From NCBI RefSeq assembly GCF_963921235.1, contig NC_086097.1, positions 3,038,001-3,102,000 of the forward strand: a DNA stretch of 64,000 nt, read 5' to 3'. The stretch is from Mobula hypostoma (taxonomy: Eukaryota). Every line of letters starts with the position of its first letter. The first letter of the stretch is position 1. Below are positions 51,176 to 63,507 of the stretch, one piece after another. The notes under the pieces are model-generated. The model had not been told where the DNA came from, did not search any database, and was given only the letters and a program-made list of their open reading frames with translations. The translations under genes and the position numbers were made by a program.

Positions 51176-53267
51176 GCACAGGACAAGCTTGAATAAGCTG
51201 TGCTTACATTCTAAGGAACAAAATCTGAACCTATTCAGTCTTTCCTTATAACTCAGGCCCTTCAGACCTGGCAACATCCTTGTAAATATTCTCGTTACTC
51301 ATTCAACCTTATTGACATCTTTCCTGCAGGTAGGTGACCAAAACTGCACACAATACTCTAAATTAGGCCTCACCAATGTCTTATACAACTTCAGCATAAC
51401 ATTCCATCTCCTGTACTCAATACATTGATTTATGAAGGCCAATATGCCAAAAGCTTTCTTTACAACCCTACCTTCCTGTGAAACCACTTTCAATGAATTA
51501 TATGGACCTGTATTCCCAGATCCCTTTGTTCTACCACACTCCTCGGTGCCTGCCATTGACTGTATAAGACAGCGTAGAAACCTGGTTGGTTCTACTGAAG
51601 CGCAACACCTTACACTTACTTGCATTAGGTTCCATTTGCCATTTTTCAGCCCATTTTTCCAGCTGATGCAAATCCCTCTGCAAGCTATGAAAGCCTTCTT
51701 CACTGTTCACTACACCTCCAATCTTCATGTCATCTGCAAATTTGCTGATCTAGTTAACAATGTTATCATCCAGATCATTGATAGAAATGATTCTTCTTCA
51801 GGTTTGTCCATCGAAATCCGATGACGATGTCCACTCCTTTAATGGTGAGATCTTCAATGACTATACAGTTCTATCCTGGACCCACAAGCTCTATTGCAGG
51901 TGGGACATGTATATGTGATAGTGGTGGCAACCGTGGCTGCATTTCTCCTGGCTCTCTTCTGCTGTCTTTTGGTTGTTCTTTCCATCTCCAGAATACGAAC
52001 CCCGTCCCTACACAGCTGTCGCCAAGTGGTACGGTCAGCAGCAACATCCTCCAGGTCCTCAGGTCTGATCTTGCACTTCCTTAAAGCATTCTTCATCTGA
52101 TCCTTATAGCGCTTCTTCAGCCCTCCAGCTGAGCGTTGACCATGATGGAGCTGGCTGTATAACCCTCTGCGGAGTAGCCGACATGGGGGCATCCTTATCA
52201 CGTGCCCCAGCCACTGCAGCTGACGCTGGGTGATCACGGCCTCAATACTCCTGCAGTTGGTCTTTACAAGTATTTCGGTGTGAGGCACCCGCTCACGGCA
52301 GGTAATTCCCAGGATGCGCTGGAGGCAGCTTATGTGGAAGCGCTCCAAGGACTTGATGTGACGGCTGTAGGTTACCCAAGCTTCACAGCTATAAAGGAGG
52401 GTGGTGACACAGACCGCTTGGTATACAGCGACCTTTGTGGGGGGACAAAGGCTCCTGTTCTGAAAGACTCTATGCCGAAGTCTCCTAAAGGCAGCTGATG
52501 CCTGTTTAATGCGGCTCTGGATGTCGTCGTCAATGCCGCTATCCTCAGAGAGAATACTCCCCAGATATTTGAAAGATGGCACTACTGACAGCTTTTCATC
52601 ACCAACAGTGAAGGCAGGTAGAGTGGGTGGGACACTGGTACTCGGTTGGCAAACCACTTCTGTCTCGGTGGTATTGACAGTCAGCCCCATCCTGCTGTAC
52701 GCTCTCACCACCACGGCAAGAACAGTCTGAAGATCTTCCGGAGTGTGGGCCACAAGAGCACAGTCGTCTGCATACTGCAGCTCCAGGACCCACTCTCTAC
52801 GGAGTTTGGTGGTTGCGTGGAGCCTCCTGATGTCAAAGAGGTTGCCATCTAATCTGATGTCCACTGCCACACCGCTGCTGTCTTCAGTCTCGTTGTGGAG
52901 AAGCTTGGTAACACACAAGAGGAAAATGTTAAAGAGCACTGGCGCTAGCACACACCCCTGCCTCACCCCTGTGCGTACCAGGAAGGGCTCGGACTCTTGT
53001 CCTCCTATGGTCACCTGAGCAGTCATCCCATCGTGGAACTGGCAGAGGATGTTAACAAATTTATTGGGACAGCCAAACCTGAGGAGGACATCCCATAAGA
53101 GCTCTCTTTGCACAGTATCGAATGCTTTGGAGAGGTCGACAAAGGCCATAAACAGGTCCTGATGTCGCTCCCGGCACTTTTCCTGAAGCTGCCAGGCTTT
53201 GAAGATCATGTCGATTGCGCTCCTGTTCTTCCTAAATCCACACTGCGATTCAGGCAGCATTGACTCA

Positions 53268-54547
53268 ATAGACAATAGACAATAGGTGCAAGAGTAGGCC
53301 ATTCGGCCCTTCGAGCCAGCACCACCATTCACTGTGATCATGACTGATCATCCACAATCAGTATCCAGTTCCTGCCTTATCCCCATAACCTTTGATTCCG
53401 CTATCTTTAAGAGCTCTATCCATCTCTTTTTTGAAAGCATCCAGAGACTTGGCCTCCACAGCCTTCTGGGGCAGAGCATTCCATATATCCACCACTCTCT
53501 GGGTGAAAAAGTTTTTCCTCAACTCCATTTCTAAATGGCCTACCCCTAATTCTTAAACTGTGGCCTCTGGTTCTGGACTCACCCATCAGCGGGAACATGC
53601 TTCCTGCCTGCAGCGTGTCCAATCCCTTAATAATCTTATATGTTTCAATAGGATCCCCTCTTAGCCTTCTAAATTCCAGAGTATACAAGCCCAGTTGCTC
53701 CAATCTTTCGACATATGACAGTCCCGCTATCCCGGGAATTAACCTTGTGAACCTATGCTGCACTCCCTCAATAGCAAGAATGTCCCGCCTCAAATTTGGA
53801 GACAAAACTGCACATAGTACTCCAGGTGTTGTCTCACCAGGGCCCTGTACAGCTGCAGAAGGATCTCTTTGCTCTTATACTCAATTCCCCTTGTTATGAA
53901 GCCCAACATGCCATTAGCTTTCTTCACTGCCTGCTGTACTTGCATGCTTGCTTTCAGTGACTGATGTACAAGAACATCTAGATCTCGTCGTGCTTCCCCT
54001 TTTCCTAACTTGACTCCATTTAGACAATAATCTGCCTTCCCGTTCTTACCACCAAAGTGGATAACCTCACATTTATCCACATTAAACTGCATCTGCCATG
54101 CATCTGCCCACTCACCCAGCCTGTCCAAGTCACCCTGCATTCTCATAACATCCTCCATTTCACACTGCCACCCAGCTTTGTGCCATCGGCAAATTTGCTA
54201 ATGTTACTTTTAATTCCCTCATCTAAATCATTAATATATATTGTAAACAGCTGCAGTCCCAGCACTGAACCCTGTGGTACCCCACTGGTCACCGCCTGCC
54301 ATTCCAAAAGGGACCCATTAATCGCTACTCTTTGTTTTCTGTCAGCCAGCCAATTTTCAATCCTTGTCAGTACTCTGCCTCCAATACCATGTGCCCTAAT
54401 TTTGCCCACTAATATCCTATGTGGGACTTTATCAAAGGCTTTCTGAAAGTCCAGGACAACTACACCCACTGGCTCTCCCTTGTCCATTTTCATAGTTACA
54501 TCCTCAAAAAATTCCAGAAGATTAGTCAAGCACGATATCCCCTTCGT
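53268..54547 (-). mobile_element. CR1 3' fragment nested in the RTE
   Basis: SCLTNLLEFF...FADGTKLGG; (ctattgt)n tail. Confidence 0.92.
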
Positions 54548-56215
54548 AAGCATCACCTTAGCCAGGACCTTTCCAGCAACAGAAAGGAGTGATATGCCCC
54601 TACTATTGCTGCAGATGGCCTTGTCACCCTTGTTCTTATAAATGACAACGATGTTTGCATTTCTCCATTGCTGTGGGACGTTCTCATCAGTCCGGGCCTT
54701 GGTGATGTACTGGTAGAGGGTGTGCATACACATGTACCCTCCGTTCTTCAGTAACTCAGCAGGGATACTGTCAGTGCCAGGGGACTTGTTGTTCTTAAGG
54801 GAATGGACAGCTGATAGAACTTCCTGGAAGGTTGGTGGTAGACTGAGGTCGTGGATAGGAGGAAGTTCAGGCAGTTCGTCCAGGATGGTGGGGTCTGCGT
54901 CAAAGTCCTGATTAAGCGGGGTGTTAAAATGCTCAGCCCACCTCAGCAGAATGGTATTCTGATTCTTCAGAAACCATCTACTGTTTTCAGAGGAGTAACG
55001 CATATATTTATTGGGCCGTAGATGGTTTTGACAGCATTGTAAAAATTATGCATGTTATTATTATCGGCAAAGGACTGGATTTCATGTGTCTTTTCAGTCC
55101 AGCACTCATTTTGTATGGCCCGTATTGCCTTTTGCACTTTCCTCCGAGCTGCCTGCCAATGCTACCTGATGCTGGTGGATGATGGGTTGTCTGAAGTTGC
55201 CCGGTGTGCTTTGTGCAAGTCCCTAAGCAAGTTGTGGATGGTGTCTGAGTTATCATCAAACCAGTCTTGGTGGTTCCTGCTGTTATGGCCGATGGATTGG
55301 GCTGCTGCCTCATAGAGCGCAGAGCTGATACAGGTCCACTGTTGTTCATTGGTATTTTCTGAGCTCAGACAAGGTCCCAGCTCCCTTAGTTTCTCAGCTG
55401 GGATGCGTCGAAACTCACTTCTTGCTTCTGTGTTTCTCATGTGGTTGCAATTTAGCCGCTTTTTATCGGGTTTTTGCAGCTGCAAGGGGGGGAGGGGGGA
55501 CGCACTTTCATATGGAGCTTGGCCACAATCATACAGTGGTCAGTCCAGCACTCTGCACCTCTCATGGCACGGGTGATAAGAACATCCTTGATGTCACTCA
55601 CAGTGATGAAGTCGATCATGTGCCAATGTTTAGAGTGAGGGTGCATCCAAAAGGTCTTATATTTTGCCTTCTGCTGGAAGATGATGTTGGTTATGGTAAG
55701 GTTATGCTCAGAGCAAAGAGTAAGTAACCTCATGCCATTTGCATTCACCTTGCCAATACCATGCCTACCTAGCACTCCACTCCATATCCTGTTGTTCTGT
55801 CCCACCCTAGCGTTGAAGTCCCCAAGCAAAAGGATCTTATCATTCTTAGGGATCTGGCAAAGAGCTTCATCCAATATCTGATAAAAGCCTTCCTTGGCCT
55901 CATTCTCAGATGGCAAAGTTGGTGCATAGGCACTGAGAAGCATGGCATAACGTTTCTTTGCCAGGGGGATACGGAGGGTCATCAGTCTTTCACTAATGCC
56001 AACAGGTGTTTCTGTGAGACTTGGTAGAGGGAAAACCTTTCCAGAAGAAGGTGTAACCCATCCCTTCCTCTGTTAAAGAGCCTTCTTCCGGTAGCCTGGT
56101 CTCACTCAGGCAGCAATGTCGATGTTGTAGCACCTCAGCTCAGCAGCGATCAAGGCTGTTCTCCGGTGAGGTCTGTCAGAGATGCCACACCAGTCCAGGA
56201 GAGTCCTCACATTCC

Positions 56216-57457
56216 TTTCTTTTTCAATCTTTCTATTAATTTCAGCATCATAGACATTACAGAAGATAGGTACAGAGAAATTGGGATTACATTATTGATA
56301 AATAGTTTATACAATTATGAGCTCAATTGACACATAATTAATGAACCTCCCAAAATCTCACAAAGTACAAATATAATATAGGAAAATATAAAGTGAAAAT
56401 ATAAAAATATCATGAAAAAAAAATTATACCCCAAAAGGAAAAAATCTAACCCAATTAAAAGAAAACTAAACTAAACTAAAAAAAGAAAAGAAAAAGAATG
56501 GGCTATTATGATACCTCAGATAAGACCATTAGTGTCGTTAACTCCGCTCCTCTCCCCGAATATGGAGTAACAAAATAGAATTGGAAAGGGTCAAATTACA
56601 TCATATGAAAGTATTGAATAAATGGTCTCCAAATCTCTTCAAATTTAATAGAAGGGTTGTAAATGACGCTTCTAATTTTTTCTAAATTTAAGCAAGACAT
56701 AGTTTGAGAAAACCATTGAAATGTAGTAGGAGAAATCTTTACAATTCAATAATATGGATCTTTTAGCCGTTAGTATAACAAAAACAATCATCCGACAAGC
56801 TGAGGGGGTCAGATGATGTTGTTCTATCGTTGGTAAATCAAAGATAGGATGAGGTTGTAAATCAATATCAAAACAGTTGAAATAATATCAAAGATGTCAT
56901 CCCAGTATTTCTTCAGCAAAGGACATGACCAAAACGTATGAGTTAATGAGGCTGTCTCAGAATTACATCTATCACATACAGGATTGATATGAGAGTAGTA
57001 ACGAGCTAATTTATCCTTGGATATGAGTCCTGTGCACTACTTTAAACATAGAGACGAAGAATTAACTAACAGAAATTTTTTTTTGCCATTTCTCTATAGG
57101 TAAAGTAAGCTTAAATTCCCTTTCCCAGTCGTTCTTAATTGAATTTGATACATCTGGATTTATTTTCATAATCATATTATAAATAATTGCTATTGAATCT
57201 TTCTGAAAAGGATTTAAATCTAGAATTCTTTCCATTATATCCGATGAATATGAAATCGGAAAGGTACTAAGAACAGTATTTAAAAAGTTTCAAATCTGTA
57301 AGTATCTAAAGAAATGGGATCTAGGTAGATTATGTTTATTAGATAATTGTTCAAAAGACGTAAAACATTTATCCAAAAATAAATCAGAAAAACATATCAT
57401 ACCTTTAGTTTTCCAGCCTAGATAGGCTTGATCCAAAAAAGAGGATTGAAAGAAAAA
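56216..57457 (-). mobile_element. L1/Tx1-clade 3' fragment nested in the RTE
   Basis: AT-rich, CDRC...THTFWSC knuckle, T-rich tail. 14-bp TSD agtcct(c/t)acattcc at 56202 and 57458. Confidence 0.88.
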
Positions 57458-58183
57458 AGTCCTTACATTCCATGTTGCCAGTTTTAGGTTGTATGGTTTC
57501 TTATTTCGACTGCAGCAGTGGAATAAACCGATTGGCGCGGTAACCTATCCAGGTGAGTGATTGAATGGGCAATTTTTAGGCCACCTTTTCTAGGCCCTTC
57601 CCCAATTGGGGTGAGCACTGCGGTCCCTAAATAGGGCTGCTCAGTCACACAGGGGTCTGCCGAGAACAGCTGCCACTCAGTCCCAGCTGCTAGCGACCAA
57701 ATACCCTGTGCCGCTGCCATGCAGGGTTCTGACTAGGAGCTCCCAGTCCATTCGTACCTGCTCCCATTGCCAGACACCCCATCACTGTCAGACTTCAACC
57801 ATATGTAATGTCCAGGTATTGTTCACCGTAGTCAGAGGTGGAGACCTGCGCAAGGAAAATTTTAAAGTGCCGCAGGGGGTGCGCCATCCCCAGTAGCACT
57901 ATCTTCACCATGATGAGGTAAATCCCGGTGACAAGGGTGATCCCAGGACAATCGGTCCCACATGTTGGCTGCAGGAGGCTGCCGGGTCCTTAGTCTGTTA
58001 AGGCCCGCCTATTGCGCGCCGCCAGTGCATTGCTTTTCTGTCAGGGTGTGCTCCCTTAGCCTTGTCTCAATAGACTTACCACAAGGCAGTGGGGCTATTT
58101 GCCCATAGCTGGGACAGTGGTTGACGGGCACCAGGGTGGGCCTGCACACCACGTCTCTGGGGCCCACTGCAGCTCTGAGATCC

Positions 58184-58468
58184 CCTGTAGTTTAGCCTGG
58201 GTCTGTAACATACCCAGTTTCCGTGTGTGGCTCCGAGGAGGCACTGCAGGAGTCTTGGTGGTGGAGAGGCTCTATACTGGCAGGAGGAGGCTTACAGACT
58301 CGGCTCCTCTTTTCACCCTCTGTTAAGAAGGCGAGCCAGCGTGAATGGCTGTAAGCAGAGAGTAGCAAGCAGAGAGCACTATGTGGCATGCAGCATGCAC
58401 TAACTACAAACACTACTGCACTAGGCACTTCACACGCACCCTGTGAGCAAATACTCCTACCCACACAC
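58184..58468 (-). ncRNA. Predicted HDV-like ribozyme at the RTE 5' end
   Basis: P1 GTGTGTG/CACACAC, P2 CCTGCAGT/ACTACAGG, P3 GCC/AGC, L3 TCCTCGG, P1.1 CC/GG, P4 CTGGGT/ACCCAG, J4/2 GCTAA, all in the correct order. Confidence 0.78.
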
Positions 58469-58939
58469 AAAACAGAGATGATAAACAACAGACCCAGCAC
58501 TGATCCCTGTGGCACTCCATTAGTCACAGGCCTCCAGTACGAGAGGGCAGCCCTCTACCACCTCCCTCTGGCTTCTGCCACAAAGTCAATGTCTAATCCA
58601 ATTTACCACCTCGTATTAGTAACAGATGCAAAATGCTGGAGGGACTCAGCAGGCCAGGTCAGGCAGCATCTATGGAAAAGAGTGCAGTTGACATTTTGGG
58701 CCAAGACCTTTCAGCAGTACAAAAGGGCTACTTCATCTTGAATGCTGAGTGACTCAACCTTCTTGACCAACCTACCATGTGGGGCCTTGTTAACATCCAT
58801 ATAGAGAATATCCATTGCCTTGCCTTCATCCACTTTCTTGGTAACTTCCTTGAAAGCTTCCTATAAGATTGGGTAGATATGACCTACCATGCTGACTATC
58901 CTTAATCAGTTCATGTCTGTCCAAATACTTACTTATGCT

Positions 58940-59710
58940 TCTGGTCAAGATGGGCCTGCATACAACGCTGCTTTGGTCGACTTCTGGATTGATTATGAAA
59001 CCACTTCTTTTATGTCCTTGACATTTGTTTCTCGTTGTGGATGTGACTCTGGAATTGTTGGAGCTTGTGATTTGCAATTTGGAGGTCTTCCAGCAATCTG
59101 CTGTCTCTGAGAGGATTCCAGGAAGCAGAGGCAGGGTGCCCAAACCTCAGGGCGAGAAGGCTGTAATGTCTGTGGTGCATAAGCTGATGTTTGACTCTAT
59201 TTCACCGATTAAAGAGACAAGGGAGATTGAAACATTGAGGTGACTGCAGAAGGTGAGCGCTGGCCGCCTGTTTTTTGATCGCTGGTGAGATCGGTTTCCT
59301 GCTGGAGAAGGAAGACTGCCTTTTGATCGCTGGGGGAATCGATCAGCTATGGAGAGAAGACGCTGCCTTTGGATCACTGGGGGATCACTCTGCTACAGAG
59401 GGGAAAGGCCGGGAGCATGCTACCCAGGTTTTCAGCATTTTGGATAGAAACTTGGACTCTAGACTTTTTTCAGTCTTACAGTTTTTATATTCTGTGTTTT
59501 TCGACCTATCTTTCTCATTTTTTTTGTGCATGGGAGAGGGGGATTATGGGGTTGATGTGCGTGTTCTGTTTTTTGTTCTTTTTTTTTGTGTGGGGAGGAG
59601 GAATTTGGTGGTTGATAATTGTATCCCATTCTTTTTTTTTATTGATTTCATTGCTATCTAAAGAAGAATTTCAGAATTGTATGTACTTTGATAATAGATG
59701 AACCTTTGAT
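58940..59710 (+). mobile_element. Non-coding retroposon with a Rex1-like tail, inserted in CR1
   Basis: Interrupts the CR1; starts near caagatgg and ends tactttgataatagatgaacctttga. Confidence 0.5.
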
Positions 59711-61807
59711 ATAGCCAGTCCCTTAGAATACCTTCCAATAACTTATCCACATCTGATAACAGACTCACCAGCTGATAATTTCCTGGTTTCTGTATAGAGC
59801 ATTTCTTAACAGCGGAACACGATCGGCTATCCTCCTTCCTCTAGCAACTCTCCTGTCGCTAAAGATGATTTAAATATGTCTGCTAGGAAAACTTCAAACC
59901 TTCTTTTAGCGCTCCTGGTTTCTTTCTCAAGTGTTCTCTTGAATTTCTTATTTTCCGTGAGTGCACCATTTGTTCCTACCTGCCGAGACCACCTGCACTT
60001 GTTGTTTTTACTTTTGGTTCTGACAGACACATGCAAACTTTGTACTGTTAAAGTTTCACTTCTGAAGGCCTCCCTCCCACTTACCATGACACCTTTGCCA
60101 GAAAGCAGCTTGTTCCAATCTACACTTGATGAAGGGTTTCGGCCTGAAACATCGACTAATGTTTTCAACTGATGCTGACTGACCTACTGAGTTCCTCCAG
60201 CGCATTGTGAGTGTTCCTTTGACAACAGCATCTGCAGATTATTTTGTGTTTCCAATCTATACTTGCCAGATCTTTTCTGATGCCATCACAATTGGCCTTT
60301 TTCTAATTTAGAATCTCAACTCATGCACCAGACCAATTTTTTTTGCATATTTACTTCGAAACTAATTGCATTTTGGTCATTAGGTACAAGTGTTCCCCTA
60401 CACAAACTTCTGTCACCTGTCCTGTCCCATTCCCAGCAGATCCAGTATCGTACACACTCTCATTGGGACTTCTATGTACTGATGAAGGAATCTTTCCTGA
60501 ATACATTTGACAAACTTTATCCCAATTAGTCCTTTTACAGTCAATATGTGGAAAGTTGAAATTACCTACTATAACAACCTTATGTTTATAACAGTCTGCG
60601 ATCTCTCTACAAATTTCTTCCTCTAAATCACACAGACTGTTGGGTGGTCTGTAATATTGCCCTATTAATCAGGCCATAGCTTTCTTATGTTTTAGTCCCA
60701 CCCATAACCTCTCTAGTCTGTCTTGACTGAACACTGCCATGACATTTTCCGCGACGAGTCACACCTCTCCTTCTCTTTTCATCCTTCCCGTTTTGTCATG
60801 TCTAAAACAACGGAACCCCGGAATATTGAGCTGCCAGTCCTGTCCCTCCTACAACCGCTCACTAATAGCGACAATACCAAGATTCCAGGTGTTGATCCAT
60901 GCCCTGAGATCATCTGCCTTCCCTGCAATGCTTGCATTGAAATATGTGCAGCTTAAGGCACTAGTCGCATCAGACTTAATCTTTTGATTCTTGACTTTTA
61001 TCTGAGGGCTTACCAACATTTGCTCTCAGAACCACTCCTCTAACTGTCTTTACACTCTGGTTCCCATCCCCCTGCAAATCCAGTTTAAACATCACCACGC
61101 AGTATTAGCAAATCTTTCCACTAAGATATCCGTGCCCTTCCAGTACAGGTGCAGATGGTCCCTTCTGTATAGATCCCGCCTGATCTGGAAGAGAGCTCAA
61201 TGATCCAAAAACCTTATGCCCTCCCTCGTACACCAAATCCTGAGCCACATGATGAACTGGATGAACTACTTATTTCTGGCCTCACTAGCACATGGCACAG
61301 GTGGCAATCCTGAGATCACATCCCTGGAGATCCTGTCCTTTACCTTAACATCTAATTCCCTGAACTTACTTGCCACTTTTCATATCTACATCATTCATCA
61401 TGGACCATGGCCTCTGGCTATACACCCTGCAGAGGACTCAATCCAAGCTGTCCTGGACTCTGGCACCCAGGAGGCAACATACCATCTGGGAATCTTGTTC
61501 TCACAGAACCTCCTTTCTGTTCCCATAACTAACGAATCCCCTATCACCACAGCTTGTCTCTTTTCCCCCCTTCCCTTCTGAATTGTGGTCAGACTCAGCG
61601 CCAGAGAACTAACCTCTGTGACTTTCCTATGATAGGTCATTTCCCCCTCCCCCCCCAAAAGTATGCAAAGCAATATACTTGTGGTTGGGGGGGATGGCCA
61701 GAGGGGTGCTCTGCACTGACTACTTAACCCCTTTCCCCTACCTGACTGTCACCCAGTTTCCTGCGTCCTTCACCACGTGTGTAACTACAAACGTTTGTAC
61801 CTTTCTA

Positions 61808-63505
61808 TGATGATGATCTGTCTGTCTGTCTGTCTGTAAGGATAATGGAAATGCAGTGTGCACTCTGGGTCAGTCTGTTGAAGAGCTGCAACATCTGCTA
61901 TGGCTGTACTGTCCAATCTTGGAGCAGCAAGTCTTGCTGCAGTTTTTGCAGTGAATCTAGTGTCTGGCTTTGGGGGTGGTGATGTTGATGCTCTTGTACC
62001 TTTTGCTCGCTCCTCTTTACACCAGCATTGATGGTCTGTCTCCAGCTGCTGCAGTCTGCTGCCACGACTTCCCAGACTTTTTTGGTCAATGTCCCTTGCT
62101 TTCATGTTGCGCTTACAGACAGGGCTGGTCTTCCAGTAGGTCTGGTGCCGGTGGCGAGCTCTCTTTGGGGATCTGACCATCTTCCACACCCCTGATGTGA
62201 CCAGGCCATCCCAGGTGATGCAGAGTGAGGAGGGTGAACATGGTTGCGATGCCTGCTTGTTCTAAAACATCCTTGTTTGGGACATGATCCTGCCATGCGA
62301 TGCCAGGATTGTTCCGTGGAGGTGGAAGGTGTTTAGGCTGTGCTCTTGGTGAAGGTAGATCGTTCATGTTTCACTGCCGTACAGGAGCGTACTGAGCACA
62401 CAGGCCTGGTTGACCTTCATCTTGGTGTTCTTGATTAACATGAGTTCACCCAGACTCTTGTTGCCAGCCGAGACATCATTGTTGCTGCTCTGCCGATCCA
62501 CTTGTTGAGCTTGACATTGAAGGAAAGGGTGCTTGAGACGAGGGAGCCAAGGTAGGTGAACTTATCCACTATGTTGAGGGTGCAGCCTCCCATGCAGATG
62601 TTTGGTTTGTTGTTGACATCTTGGCACATGGTGTTTGTCTTCTTGAAGCTGATAGTCAAACCAAAGTCTGCAAGTGAGTGTGAGGCAGTTGATGAGTCTC
62701 AGGAGGGCTTCCTCTGGGTGTGATGTCAGGGCGGCGTTGTCTGCAAACAGCAGCTCCCTTATCAGTACCAGTCACATCTTGGCCTTTGCTCTGAGATGTG
62801 CAAGGTTGAACAGCCTGCCATCACTTCTGGTGTGGAGGTGTACGTTGTCTTCTGATGAACTGAAGGCATGGGACAGTAGCAGGGAGAAAAAGCTGCTAAA
62901 GAACATAGGAACCAGTATGCAGCCCTGCTTCACACAGCTCTTGATTGGGAAGGGACTACATGTCTTCATGAAAAGATATGATTATCCCGAGGAACCTGTG
63001 AGGACATCCAATCTTTTGAACGGTGTGAAGAAGCCCTTTCTGCTGACCTGGCCTTTGTCAGGTAAATGAAGGTGACGTACAGTGGTTGTCCCTGCTCTCG
63101 GCATTTCTCTTGGAGTTGGTGTAGTGAGAAGATCTTGTCAATTGTTGACCGTCCCACTCGGAACCCACACAGTGATTTTGGGTTATCGAGCAGCCAGTGT
63201 CTGTAGATGGTTGAGTAGCATGTGAGGGAACACCTTGCCAATGATGTTGAGAAGTGAGGTGCCTTGGTATCTTATTGCAGTCATCACGGTCACATTTGTA
63301 CTTGTAGAGGTGGAAGATGTTGGAGTTGTGCATGTCCTGGGGTACTGACCCTTCCTCCCAATATTGGCAGAGAAGTTCATGCAAGTGCTGTAGCAGACCA
63401 TACTTCTTACCAGCCTTTATGACCTCAGGTGTAATGCCGTCTTTTCCAGGAGCCTTACCACTTGCTAGGCAATGGTTTGCTTTACTGAGTTTGTAAATAG
63501 AGGGC
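61808..63505 (-). mobile_element. Second, older RTE LINE fragment
   Basis: GKAPGKDGITPE, CGFRVGRSTID, VKQGCIL, FTYLGS, IAWQDHVPN. Confidence 0.85.
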
Positions 63506-63507
63506 AG

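Larger units (their letters stand above)
51791..58471 (-). mobile_element. Full-length RTE-clade LINE (~4.2 kb without nested inserts)
   Basis: LATWNVRTLLD, SAYAPT, GDFNARVG, WTDH, PESQCGFR, GVRQGCVLAP, YADD, C-terminal CPTC, (gaa)n tail. Degenerate TSD atagaaatga (51781) / acagagatga (58472). Confidence 0.93.
51240..61790 (-). mobile_element. Old, near full-length CR1 (ORF1 esterase remnant and ORF2), host of several insertions
   Basis: Pieces at 51240-51790, 58472-58935 and 59710-61790. GVPQGSVLG at ~58520 continues as INDLD at ~51780; AVVIGDS motif at ~61540. Confidence 0.82.
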
